In this document: piece after piece, positions 1 to 9,492 of the stretch
Layout: each line of letters begins with the position of its first letter
How positions within the stretch are numbered: position 1 is the stretch's first letter
From: Candidatus Omnitrophota bacterium
GTDB lineage: Bacteria > Omnitrophota > Gorgyraeia > JABMRG01 > JAFGKX01
Assembly: GCA_043797125.1 (NCBI GenBank)
Contig: JAZDPX010000023.1
Coordinates: 67,098 to 131,097 of the forward strand
Direction of reading: 5' to 3'
Length of the DNA: 64,000 nt
Translations under genes and position numbers: made by a program
The notes under the pieces: generated by a model
Database searches by the model: none
What the model saw: the letters and a program-made list of their open reading frames with translations, nothing else
What the model was told of the DNA's origin: nothing

Positions 1-65
1 GAGCACTCACGATAACTAAAGATTTAAATTCTCATATAGGGGGACGTCGGAAAATATCAAGTATA

Positions 66-614
66 TTGGAAAGTTTGTGCAAATATTTTTCAAGCGAAAA
101 ATCGTTTCATAGCGATGATGCGTTTGATAAAGATCTTGCGTATAAAATAGAATTATATCTAGAAGGGATTATTGAAAAGATATGGGAATGGTTTGAAGAA
201 AAAAGCGTAGACCATATTAGTGATGCAACAGAATGTATTCGGTCAAAAGAACCGCCTAGAAAAAAAGCGTTAGTTTTTGATGCCAGAATTAAAAAGTGCA
301 AATCCGAAAATATTAGATGTAAACTAAATGAGTTTTTTCATAAAAATGAGGATGAGTTTAAAAAAATAAAAGAATATATCGAGGGCTTGAAAGATCCAGA
401 AAAAAAGAAGCCTGAGGAATTGAATCGGATTGCTTCGATTATTGAAGAAGGCATAAAGAACCCAAATAATTTATATGATTCAAAAAATTGCAAAGGATTA
501 GGTGATGCGTTAGTGGCAGTAGAGTCGAAGTCTTTTAACGAATTGTTCACTAAAGATGTTGACCAGTCTAAAGTAATATGTGAGGCTATTAGTCTAAAGT
601 CGATTTTACTCTAA
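66..614 (+). CDS. hypothetical K/E-rich protein; frame is open back to position 3, so the true 5' end may lie upstream of the window
   Basis: ORF track 66..614 (TTG start), no stop in frame upstream; no recognisable motif. Confidence 0.3.
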   Translation: MESLCKYFSSEKSFHSDDAFDKDLAYKIELYLEGIIEKIWEWFEEKSVDHISDATECIRSKEPPRKKALVFDARIKKCKSENIRCKLNEFFHKNEDEFKKIKEYIEGLKDPEKKKPEELNRIASIIEEGIKNPNNLYDSKNCKGLGDALVAVESKSFNELFTKDVDQSKVICEAISLKSILL

Positions 615-639
615 ATTTAACCAAAATCTACCATTGAGG

Positions 640-1000
640 CATTTTTGATCTTTGTCCGTTCTTTTGGCAAAAAGGCAATTTTGCCCCCGCCCAAAATTGC
701 CTTTTTGCCTGCGTCTTTCGGTTGAGGGCTCGGCAATCCCGCCTCGTGTAGTTTTCCTTTAATAGGCGGGGTGCGGACGAGCCTTTAGATGGTGGGGCAG
801 ATTCCCGCTTTCGCGGGAATGACATTGGAAGCAAGTAGGGCGAGGACGCAAACGTGCCTGCACTTGATGTTATTCTTACCTGCTTAGCTTCTACGTGCAG
901 GCAGGCACGTGCCGAGCCATATACGTTAGTGGTTTGGATTCCCGCTTTCGCGGGAATGACACTGTTTAAATTTTTTCTTCAGGGGTACCCCTGAAGATAG
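640..1000. repeat. intergenic cluster of palindromic (REP-like) repeats: two copies of GATTCCCGCTTTCGCGGGAATGACA (800-824, 937-961, each an 8-bp stem hairpin), long imperfect hairpin ACGTGCCTGCAC...GTGCAGGCAGGCACGT (852-910), perfect 20-bp palindrome CTTCAGGGGTACCCCTGAAG (977-996)
   Basis: read directly; related copies at 14749-14774 and 38270-38465. Confidence 0.6.
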
Positions 1001-1094
1001 TTCGAACAAGGCGGAGAACACACCGCCAGTAATTTAACTTCCATAACTACTTACCTTGAAACAAGTAAAGAAAACATCTTAACAGGCAGAAGGT

Positions 1095-2504
1095 ATGAAA
1101 AAAATAAACAAATATATTAATTTCTTTATGTTACTATTGTTGATTTCGTTAATGATCGCATTGATAGGATATATTTCTTACGGCCATAACCTTATTAAAA
1201 GCATGTATGAAAAAAAATCGCTGGAGATACTGGATAGGATTATTGAGTATCGAGCAATTTTATCTCTGGAATATTATCTCATAAAAGGAGATGTGTATAT
1301 AATTTTTATTTCTCTTTGCGTGCTGTTTTTATTTTTAGTATATATTCTTCCTGTAGAAATAAAACTTTCTATAATAAGCGTAGTAATGTGCATAGCAATT
1401 CTAGAAATAATATTTCTATCATATGATGTCTATTTAGACCATGAATATCCAGAAATTAATGAACAGGAAAAGATGCTATGGGAGTACGACCCGCTATTAG
1501 GCTGGAGATGGAAAACAAATTGTGAAAAGGAATTTATAGTTAAAAGAGATAAGATAAAAGTGAAAATAAAAAGAAACGCAAAAGGGCTGAGAGGCAAGGA
1601 CTATGATTATAAAAAAAATAAAAATATAAATAGAATTTTGATTCTGGGTGATTCATGTGCTGCCGGCCTTGAGGTAACACACGATAATTTATTTAGCACT
1701 GTATTGGAAAAATTATTAAGACAGCATGGTAAAGATGAAGTCATAAATGCTGGAGTAAGAGGATACGGTACAGACCAATCATATTTATATCTTAAAAATA
1801 AAGGATGTAATTATAATCCCGATATAGCTATTTATCTTTTTTGTAGTAATGATCCAAAAGACAACATAGTTTTTCGAGATCCATATAAACCATTTAATAA
1901 ATCATGCTATATTATCAATAAAGAGGGGGACCTTGTTTTGAAAGGGATGCCAATTCTGATTCCGACACGGTCTATACAACATGAAAAATGGATCATGACA
2001 GATAAAAAAGCAGAATTATTTTATAATGAAAAGAAGCAACGCACAACCATATTTGCACAGGCAATCATAGACATTTTATATCAATCTCACTTGTACCGTT
2101 GGGTTATGTTAAGAATTGAAGATAGGATAATAAACTTGCGCAGGGAAAAGATTCCTCATTTTGTAGTTAAATATCAATGGAGCGTTACAGAAAAATTGAT
2201 AGAAAAAATGAAAAATTTCTGCACTTCTATAAATGCAAAATTTATTATTTTTGAGTTTTCAAACGGTGCAGCTTATGAAAAAAAAGATGAAACATTAGCT
2301 GCAATTTGTAGTAATTTAAGTGTTAATTACCATAACCTATATAATGATTTCCACGAAGCCTCTGGCGGAAAAAGATTTTTTTGTTTTCCGCATGATAATC
2401 ATTGGAATGTAGAAGGGCACCGCTTTGCAGCTGATAGGTTTTATGAATATCTATTAAAAAATAAACATGTAGCAAAAGGCATTTTGTTAAAAAGTGACAA
2501 TTAA
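1095..2504 (+). CDS. membrane-anchored SGNH/GDSL-type hydrolase or acyltransferase (AlgX/AlgJ-like DxHW motif)
   Basis: N-terminal ~4 hydrophobic helices; block I LILGDSCAAG, block II NAGVRGYGTDQ, CSNDPKDN, C-terminal PHDNHWN. Confidence 0.65.
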   Translation: MKKINKYINFFMLLLLISLMIALIGYISYGHNLIKSMYEKKSLEILDRIIEYRAILSLEYYLIKGDVYIIFISLCVLFLFLVYILPVEIKLSIISVVMCIAILEIIFLSYDVYLDHEYPEINEQEKMLWEYDPLLGWRWKTNCEKEFIVKRDKIKVKIKRNAKGLRGKDYDYKKNKNINRILILGDSCAAGLEVTHDNLFSTVLEKLLRQHGKDEVINAGVRGYGTDQSYLYLKNKGCNYNPDIAIYLFCSNDPKDNIVFRDPYKPFNKSCYIINKEGDLVLKGMPILIPTRSIQHEKWIMTDKKAELFYNEKKQRTTIFAQAIIDILYQSHLYRWVMLRIEDRIINLRREKIPHFVVKYQWSVTEKLIEKMKNFCTSINAKFIIFEFSNGAAYEKKDETLAAICSNLSVNYHNLYNDFHEASGGKRFFCFPHDNHWNVEGHRFAADRFYEYLLKNKHVAKGILLKSDN

Positions 2505-2654
2505 TCTTCCCCCACAAAAAGTGACAATCGGGTAAAATCAGAAAAAATCTTGTAAGACCATAAGACCAGTAGAATCCTTAACCCCTTGACAAAAAACAAG
2601 TTATATTATAACCTATTATCCTACGGAGAGTGAGGGAACTCTGTTTATTCAAGC

Positions 2655-3776
2655 ATGGTGTTTATGAAAAAATTGACAAAGTTAATTATTTATTTTGTTT
2701 ATCTGACAATAGCAGCATTAATCTTAGTAGAATGCTGTTTAAGGATTTTTGGTTTTCATAGCGATGGAGGAAATACTATAATAGACCATCATAGTTTGCT
2801 CGGATGGATTTTTAAGCCGAATCAAGTTGCAATATGTGTAGGCCTTGAATGGAAGGTGAAGTATAGTGTTAATGAATATGGAATAAGAGAAAAGACGAAC
2901 ATAGGCAAGAAGCAGGATGGGGTCTATCGTGTATTAGTTTTAGGCGATTCTTTTACGGAAGGATTTGGAATTCCACAGGATAAAAGATATACGCACTTAG
3001 CAGAAATTTTATGCAATAAAAGGGATTCAAGAAAAGTTGAAATAATTAATGCAGGAATTAGAGGGTATAACCTAACGCAATACTATTTGCTTTTCCAAAT
3101 ATTATATGGAAAATATAATCCAGACTTAGTCGTTATTGCTGCCGTTCATGGCGACTTAAAAGTAAAAGGAGATGCCATGGCTGGGAAAAATGTAGTTTTT
3201 GGCAAGGAAAAATATAGTATCCCATACTACATATTAGAAGATGAAAAGATAGTTTTAAAGGGAGTCCCCGTGCCTTTGCCGGACAAATCCGCATATACCG
3301 AAGGCAAATTAGAAGTGCTTAAAAAATATTTAAAAAAATCAACACTATACTGCTTTGTGCGAAGCGCGTATAGAAACAACACCTTTATAAGAAAAATAAT
3401 CAACTGGTCTTACCCGGAGCATTTCTTCGATGAAAAAATGCTAAGCAATACACCTGACGACATGCAAGCGGAGCAGCAAATAGCTAAACTAATAATTGAA
3501 AATATGAAATCTGTATTATCGCATGACAACAATAAGATTGCTATTTTCTTGTTGTTCGATGACTCAGCAGGATATGATGTAGCATTTTATTCCAAAATTG
3601 CTAAAGAGCTGCAGATTCCATATATGTGTTTTTCAGAAGTTAATGATAAATATAAATTAGACAAAAGTAAGCATCATTTTAAATATGATGGCCATTTAAA
3701 TGAAAAAGGTAATGTGCTTGTTGCAGAATCATTATATAATTTTTTCGAACAATGCGGGATGTTTGATAGTAGCTAA
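2655..3776 (+). CDS. SGNH/GDSL-type hydrolase, paralogue of upstream gene
   Basis: N-terminal TM anchor; VLVLGDSFTEGFG, INAGIRGYNLTQ, YDGHLNEKGN motifs. Confidence 0.65.
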   Translation: MVFMKKLTKLIIYFVYLTIAALILVECCLRIFGFHSDGGNTIIDHHSLLGWIFKPNQVAICVGLEWKVKYSVNEYGIREKTNIGKKQDGVYRVLVLGDSFTEGFGIPQDKRYTHLAEILCNKRDSRKVEIINAGIRGYNLTQYYLLFQILYGKYNPDLVVIAAVHGDLKVKGDAMAGKNVVFGKEKYSIPYYILEDEKIVLKGVPVPLPDKSAYTEGKLEVLKKYLKKSTLYCFVRSAYRNNTFIRKIINWSYPEHFFDEKMLSNTPDDMQAEQQIAKLIIENMKSVLSHDNNKIAIFLLFDDSAGYDVAFYSKIAKELQIPYMCFSEVNDKYKLDKSKHHFKYDGHLNEKGNVLVAESLYNFFEQCGMFDSS

Positions 3777-3964
3777 AAAGCGCACATCTAATTTGTGCTC
3801 AGGCTTCTCCCTGCCTCTTTGCCAAGTCTGCTTCGCCTTGCGATATAGAAAAAGGGTCACCTATTTTCCATGACAAGATTCGGATGCATAAAAGATAAGT
3901 TCGATGATAGAGATTATTTAATGCGGGTGTATCTTCCTGCAGTAAAGCCCCCAGTTAATTCTGC

Positions 3965-3993
3965 TTGACATGCACGATAGCTAGGCATATAAT
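3965..3993 (+). promoter_or_regulatory. sigma70-like promoter: TTGACA, 17 bp spacer, TATAAT, upstream of the RRM protein gene
   Basis: TTGACA 3965-3970, TATAAT 3988-3993. Confidence 0.45.
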
Positions 3994-4029
3994 TATTCTG
4001 TAAATATGAGTGAATAATAGAAATTGATA

Positions 4030-4068
4030 CCGCAGGGCAAAAACAACCAGCCTTGCGGTTTTTTGTTT
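4030..4068 (+). promoter_or_regulatory. terminator-like hairpin (CCGCAGGG...CCTTGCGG followed by a T-run) inside the 5' leader of the RRM gene; possible attenuator
   Basis: stem 4030-4037/4051-4058 followed by TTTTTTGTTT, 20 nt before the RBS AGGAG. Confidence 0.35.
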
Positions 4069-4084
4069 CTAGAAAGGAGACAAA

Positions 4085-4408
4085 ATGCAGTCAGGTAAGC
4101 TTTATGTAGGAAATCTTACGTATTCCGTGACAAAGGAACAATTGCAGCAATTGTTCTCAAGCCATGGAAGCGTTCAAAACATTACCATAATTGACGGTAA
4201 GGGTTTTGGATTCGTTGAAATGTCGACTCCCGCAGAGGCCGAGGCGGCAAAGACAGCATTGGACGGCACTGAATTTGAAGGCCGGACACTGAAGATAGAC
4301 GAAGCGCGCCCGCCGAAAAGCAGGGATTCGAGGGACTCTAGAGACAGAGGCGGCTTTGACAGAGGCGGCAACAGGGGCGGCGGCCGCGGTTTCCGCGACA
4401 GATATTAG
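4085..4408 (+). CDS. RNA-binding protein with one RRM domain and an RGG/RD-rich tail
   Basis: RNP-2 LYVGNL and RNP-1 KGFGFVEM motifs; C-terminal RDSRDSRDRGGFDRGGNRGGGRGFRDRY; RBS AGGAG. Confidence 0.85.
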   Translation: MQSGKLYVGNLTYSVTKEQLQQLFSSHGSVQNITIIDGKGFGFVEMSTPAEAEAAKTALDGTEFEGRTLKIDEARPPKSRDSRDSRDRGGFDRGGNRGGGRGFRDRY

Positions 4409-4433
4409 AATAGCCTAGGAGGCATATAGCAAT

Positions 4434-5015
4434 ATGGCAAAAGAGATAGTACTGGCTTTTATACCTATTTTTGTGGCTGTCGACGCTATAGGAGTTTTGC
4501 CTATTTTTGTATCCCTTACGCACGGGGTTAGCAAAAAAGGCAAAGTTAAGATAATATTTCAATCAGTTATAACAGCCCTGTGCCTTGCTGTAGGGTTTAT
4601 CTTTTTAGGCAAGGCGGTATTTAGGTTTTTAAATATTACTATCGGAGATTTTATGATAGCCGGAGGCGCGCTTCTTTTCTGTATAGCCATATCGGATATT
4701 ATGAGCCCTACAGAAAAAAGGCGCCAGCCGATCAATGAATTAGGGGCAGTCCCAATAGGAACGCCTCTTATTGTCGGCCCGGCGGTATTGACAACATCGC
4801 TTATAATAATCGGCGAATATGGTTTAGCGCCCACTTTAGTTTCTGTCTTAATCAATATTTTGCTGGCAGGGGTAATTTTTCTATTTTCAGAATATATTAT
4901 TAAGCTATTAGGCGTTGCAGGAACGCGGGCCTTGTCAAAAATCATGAGCCTGTTATTGGCCGCCATAGCAGTTATGATGATAAGAAAAGGCGTATTTAAT
5001 ATCTTGCATATGTAG
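4434..5015 (+). CDS. MarC-family (UPF0056) integral membrane protein
   Basis: ~6 hydrophobic helices; N-terminus IPIFVAVDAIGVLPIF is typical of MarC. Confidence 0.65.
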   Translation: MAKEIVLAFIPIFVAVDAIGVLPIFVSLTHGVSKKGKVKIIFQSVITALCLAVGFIFLGKAVFRFLNITIGDFMIAGGALLFCIAISDIMSPTEKRRQPINELGAVPIGTPLIVGPAVLTTSLIIIGEYGLAPTLVSVLINILLAGVIFLFSEYIIKLLGVAGTRALSKIMSLLLAAIAVMMIRKGVFNILHM

Positions 5016-5037
5016 GTTTATAGAAAAGGGAGGATGT

Positions 5038-5511
5038 ATGGAAACCATTAGGGATATATTAAAACAACATTCTTTTTTTAAAGACCTTAAACCGGAATAT
5101 CTTGATTTTATCGCCGGCTGTGCGTCCAATGTCAGCTTTAAGGCAGGAGAGGTCATACTTAGAGAAGGAGAAGATGCTGATAAATTTTATGTCATCCGGC
5201 ACGGAAAGATATCAATCGATATCGCCACAAGCAGGCACAACTCTATTACAATACAGACCATAAAAGACGGCGATATACTTGGCTGGTCGTGGCTTATCCC
5301 GCCGCATAAACACCGCTTTAACAGCCGCGCCATTGAAGATACGCGCGCGACCGCATTGGATGGAAAGTGCCTCAGAAACAAGTGTGAGGAAAACCACGAT
5401 TTAGGGTATGAGCTGCTTAAAAGGCTTGCAGTTGTTTTTACTCAGCGCCTCGAAACAACCAGGCTGCAGCTTTTGGATATGTATAATATTAACGCAAAAC
5501 ACAAAGAATAA
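5038..5511 (+). CDS. cyclic-nucleotide-binding (cNMP/Crp-type effector) domain protein without an HTH
   Basis: FKAGEVILREGEDADKFYVIRHGKISI beta-roll signature. Confidence 0.6.
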   Translation: METIRDILKQHSFFKDLKPEYLDFIAGCASNVSFKAGEVILREGEDADKFYVIRHGKISIDIATSRHNSITIQTIKDGDILGWSWLIPPHKHRFNSRAIEDTRATALDGKCLRNKCEENHDLGYELLKRLAVVFTQRLETTRLQLLDMYNINAKHKE

Positions 5512-5522
5512 AAGGCTTAGTT

Positions 5523-7187
5523 TTATTTAAATTCAGGGAAATCAATCTTTAGCTGATTTTGTCTTTCTTGATCAGAACCTTCAGAAAACTGCCCGGCATT
5601 TTCTAATACAGAATCGAATCCTGAGAATCTTATTCGCAATTCTAAACCGCGAGTGTTTCCCTGTAAACCCGGCACAATGCGTGAAATCAGAACAATTTCT
5701 ACGCCATTGGTTTTCCATTCAAGCGTGCTTCCCTTTATAATATTGGGTTGAGCCCAATCAGGCTCTATGCGGCTGCGCCATGGTTTGCCATAAAGGCTTG
5801 TGAATTTTTCCAGAAGCTGCGTTCTGAGTTTCTCGGTTCCGGTAAATGCCAGAAAAGCCCCCTGGATCATCTTGCCCTTATAAAAATAGTACATGCCGGT
5901 AAACCAGCCTTCCTTAGACCAATCCCCTCCGGACAGCTGTTTCTCGGTATATACTACCGGAATGCTGCCCTGCTCGTCTATTGCGGCAATCTCATTTGTC
6001 TTGGCATTTGGCCTTATGCTGGTTAGCGCTTCGGCAGTTATGCCCAGGTATACGCCTTCCACCACAGCAGGAAACAGCGAGCGAGTCCATTCTTGCGCCT
6101 CGATTGTCTTAGGCGTTTCGCTCTCTGCTTGCTCTATATCTTCATTCATGTGTTCGTAAGCGCGTTTTATATTTTCAGGTTGTTCTTGAGTTTGTATTCC
6201 CTTTGTAGCATTTTCCCAGGCATTGCGCTGCCAGTTGCGGGCCTCCCAAACTTTCTGCGTGCGTATACGTTCGCTTTGAGCGTCTTTATCCGCAGTTATG
6301 CCGGCCCATTCACGCAAATCAATAGCTAAAAGCATACGCGCGCTCATTCTATCCTCTATATCAAATACCTTGCGAAAGAAAAGATGATCCTCGGGGATCA
6401 TCTTACCCTGCATAATTTTAATAGTTGCCTGCGTAATTTGTTCCTGAACCTTTTGCCAGTCTGCATCTTCCTGTTTCTGGAGCCTGGCAAGCTCATCAAG
6501 CGTCTGCTTGACTCGTGATTTCATATCCTTCTCTTTTTCCGACCTCCAGCTTTGCGCCTGCTCCTTACTTATCTGGCCGCTTATTGCCTGAGCATAACCT
6601 TTTACCAGTTGGCCCTCTATTTTTTGGCCGGCGATGACAGAAGAAACATCTTGCCCCATGCCTTGTGTTATTATTCCGTTGTTCACCGAGACAAGGGATG
6701 AGCCGTCGTTTGCTCCGGCTACAAGAAACCCAGTTCCTGTTACCCCGAGAACAGCAACAGGAGTGGTAACGCGAAATTGTTTAGTTTTATCAGGAAGTTC
6801 TCCTTGCGCATGGAACAATCCGCGGCTTAACGCAACTCCTGAAATATCAAAAACAGACGCTGTTATGAGCAATGTGGACTCCGGTTCAATTGTTATGGTA
6901 AAGCCGGCGTTGTGTTCTATTATCGCGTGTCCGGCTGAGGGTGTTTTTACAATATCGCAAACAAATAAACCTTGGCCGTAAGAAGCAAAGCCAATGGCGC
7001 CTTTACTGTATACAGCAACAACTCCGGACACTTCTTTGAACTTGGCAACGGGTTTTGAATCCTGGGCATTGGCAGGAGAGATTATAAGGAAAAAGATGAA
7101 GGTACTAAAAAAAATACAAAATTTTAATTTATTTTTATAGTTAATTAGCATGTGCATATCATAAAACGAATAGCAGGCCATAGTCAA
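5523..7187 (-). CDS. secreted FecR-domain protein with a C-terminal uncharacterised domain (start probably at the internal Met, MLINYK..., giving a signal peptide)
   Basis: signal peptide FIFFLIISPANAQD; FecR-like TPVAVLGVTGTGFLVAGANDGSSLVSV. Confidence 0.55.
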   Translation of the reverse strand: MTMACYSFYDMHMLINYKNKLKFCIFFSTFIFFLIISPANAQDSKPVAKFKEVSGVVAVYSKGAIGFASYGQGLFVCDIVKTPSAGHAIIEHNAGFTITIEPESTLLITASVFDISGVALSRGLFHAQGELPDKTKQFRVTTPVAVLGVTGTGFLVAGANDGSSLVSVNNGIITQGMGQDVSSVIAGQKIEGQLVKGYAQAISGQISKEQAQSWRSEKEKDMKSRVKQTLDELARLQKQEDADWQKVQEQITQATIKIMQGKMIPEDHLFFRKVFDIEDRMSARMLLAIDLREWAGITADKDAQSERIRTQKVWEARNWQRNAWENATKGIQTQEQPENIKRAYEHMNEDIEQAESETPKTIEAQEWTRSLFPAVVEGVYLGITAEALTSIRPNAKTNEIAAIDEQGSIPVVYTEKQLSGGDWSKEGWFTGMYYFYKGKMIQGAFLAFTGTEKLRTQLLEKFTSLYGKPWRSRIEPDWAQPNIIKGSTLEWKTNGVEIVLISRIVPGLQGNTRGLELRIRFSGFDSVLENAGQFSEGSDQERQNQLKIDFPEFK

Positions 7188-7273
7188 GAAGTTTTATCTT
7201 GATTTGCCGCTACTATATGTGTATTATATACTAAAACAAAGAAAAGGCTATTGTAATAAACCCGTAAGCACAG

Positions 7274-7645
7274 GTGAAGATAATGAGCAAAAAAATATTG
7301 ATAATTGATGACGAGGAATATGACAGAAATGCAATGTTAGCCGCCCTTAAAAGGGAGGGCTACCATGACGTTGAATGTTCTGACTCGGGATGCGGCGGTT
7401 TAGAAAAAATCAAGTCTTTTAAACCAGATATCGTACTGGTTGATGTGGTGCTTCAGGATATAGACGGCATTGAGGTATGCAAACAGATTAAATCTATGGA
7501 AGAAATAAGCCCCAAAGTCATTATAATAACAGGCCACCTTGATGCCATTGATGCCAGGAGGGCAAGGACTTCCGGGGCCGATGAAATTATTGAAAAGACA
7601 GTCGGATTTTCCAATATAGGCAAGACCATCAACAAGCTTAAGTAA
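7274..7645 (+). CDS. single-domain response regulator (CheY-like receiver)
   Basis: KILIIDDEE...DIVLVDVVLQDIDGIEVCKQIK, conserved Asp pocket. Confidence 0.8.
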   Translation: MKIMSKKILIIDDEEYDRNAMLAALKREGYHDVECSDSGCGGLEKIKSFKPDIVLVDVVLQDIDGIEVCKQIKSMEEISPKVIIITGHLDAIDARRARTSGADEIIEKTVGFSNIGKTINKLK

Positions 7646-7667
7646 TCTCCAAAGGTAAACCTGCCAT

Positions 7668-9323
7668 ATGCCTAACAAGAATAGTAAAATAGTATTTTTA
7701 TCCGTCTTATTAATAGCTGTTTTAGGTATTATTGTATACGCAAATTCGCTGCACGGAGAATTTTTATGGGATGATTATCATTTGGTAAAGGACAATACCT
7801 TTATCAGGGACCTCTCTAATATAACAAAGTATTTTACCGGCAGTATTGGGGCCGGCGCTCAAAGGGCATACCATTTCTACAGGCCTTTGCAGACACTGAC
7901 GTACGCAATTGATTATGTTTTCTGGAAGCAGGATGTGACAGGGTATCATTTAACAAATATGCTGTTGCATATCTTAACTGCGCTAAGTGTTTATTGGCTT
8001 ATCAACGTGCTTTTCAAGGATAATCTAATAGCGTTGTTTACGGGGCTGTTTTTTGTCGCGCATCCTTTGCATACCGAGGCAGTTGCATACATAGCCGGGC
8101 GTTCTGATTCGCTTGCGGCAATGTTCATGTTTCTTTGCATGGTCTTTTATGTAAAAAACGCTGAAAGAAAAAGCGCTTCATTGCGCATAATAATGGCATT
8201 GGCTTATATTGCGGCATTGCTTTCCAAGGAAAGCGCAATGTTTTTACCGATGCCTTTGCTTTTATACCATTATACTTTTAAGAAAAAGATAAACGCTATT
8301 GATTTTGGATCTCTTTTAGCGATAGCCATTTCATATATTATCGTTAGAGCCACAGTGCTTAAAGGCATGCTTACAGATATTATAAATAACACGACTATTG
8401 CAGACAGGATGCCGGGTTTTTTTGTCGCTATATTTAATTATATAAAACTGCTTTTATTTCCTTTTGGCCTGCACATGGAGTATGCGGAAAAGCTGTTTTT
8501 CTGGAGCGACCCCAAGGCATTTTTGGGGACGCTGCTTGTTTTTTTGTGCGTAGGGTTTGCGTTCAAAAAAAAGAAGGCCAACAACCTTATATTTTTTTCC
8601 ATTCTCTGGTTTTTTCTTCTGCTTACGCCTTATTCAAATATCTATCCCATTAACGCCTATATGGCTGAACACTGGTTATATGTGCCTTCGGTTGGGTTCT
8701 TTTTGCTCATCGCGTATGGATTCAGGTTGTCGTATAAGATTGAAAGGTTTAAATATATCACCATTGCCTTAATTATTGGCCTTTTGTCTTTTTATTCTGT
8801 CCTGGCAATAAGACAAAACGTATCCTGGGGCAACCCGTTTCTTTTTTACAACAGGCTGCTTAAATATGTCCAGGATAGCGAGACAGTGTATAATAACCTG
8901 GGCGTGCTTTATGCGCAAAAAGATGATTACCAAAAAGCGATAGAGATGTTCAAAAAATCGATAGACATAAAATTTTATTATGACGACCCGTATTTTAATC
9001 TCGGCAAATCCTATAAGATGCTGGGCAGATATAAAGAAGCTATAGATTTTTACGAAAAAGGCCTGCAATATACCAAAAATCCTGTTAAGCTCGGCACATA
9101 TTATGACATGGGTGAGGCATATACAAACGCGGGTAAATACCCTCAGGCAATAAGTATATATAAAAAGATCATAGAAGTAAATCCCGTTGATGGCCACGCC
9201 TTTCACAATTTAAGCGTAATCTATCTTCAAAAGGGCGAACGCGATTTGGCCATGCAATATTATAATGAGGCGGCAAAGCGGGGGCTTAATGACCAAGCCC
9301 TTTTAGAAAGCATTCGTTCCTAA
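7668..9323 (+). CDS. polytopic membrane protein (PMT/ArnT-like N-terminus) with C-terminal TPR repeats
   Basis: YANSLHGEFLWDD motif, ~10 TM helices, then TPR-like NLGVLYAQKDDYQKAIEMFKKSIDI etc. Confidence 0.6.
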   Translation: MPNKNSKIVFLSVLLIAVLGIIVYANSLHGEFLWDDYHLVKDNTFIRDLSNITKYFTGSIGAGAQRAYHFYRPLQTLTYAIDYVFWKQDVTGYHLTNMLLHILTALSVYWLINVLFKDNLIALFTGLFFVAHPLHTEAVAYIAGRSDSLAAMFMFLCMVFYVKNAERKSASLRIIMALAYIAALLSKESAMFLPMPLLLYHYTFKKKINAIDFGSLLAIAISYIIVRATVLKGMLTDIINNTTIADRMPGFFVAIFNYIKLLLFPFGLHMEYAEKLFFWSDPKAFLGTLLVFLCVGFAFKKKKANNLIFFSILWFFLLLTPYSNIYPINAYMAEHWLYVPSVGFFLLIAYGFRLSYKIERFKYITIALIIGLLSFYSVLAIRQNVSWGNPFLFYNRLLKYVQDSETVYNNLGVLYAQKDDYQKAIEMFKKSIDIKFYYDDPYFNLGKSYKMLGRYKEAIDFYEKGLQYTKNPVKLGTYYDMGEAYTNAGKYPQAISIYKKIIEVNPVDGHAFHNLSVIYLQKGERDLAMQYYNEAAKRGLNDQALLESIRS

Positions 9324-9492
9324 AAAGCGGCGAGTAGATTTTTTTATTTTTTTCTTTACATATCAATGATAATCTGATATTCTTAAAATAAGATACGTAT
9401 ATATATAAATCTCGGTGGAGTGGGGGAATTTCTACGGAGATTCCTTTTTTATTTAAAAAGAGCTTGCCTCGTGGCAGGCAAGGAGGAACAAA

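Noticed and set aside
4338-5156. Minus-strand ORFs 4338-4562, 4559-4966, 4953-5156
   Set aside because: They are antisense to the RRM, MarC and cNMP genes. Pro/Ser-rich shadow frames.
5748-6981. Plus-strand ORFs 5748-6026, 5893-6159, 6093-6329, 6634-6981
   Set aside because: They lie antisense within the 554-aa FecR-domain gene and have low-complexity composition.
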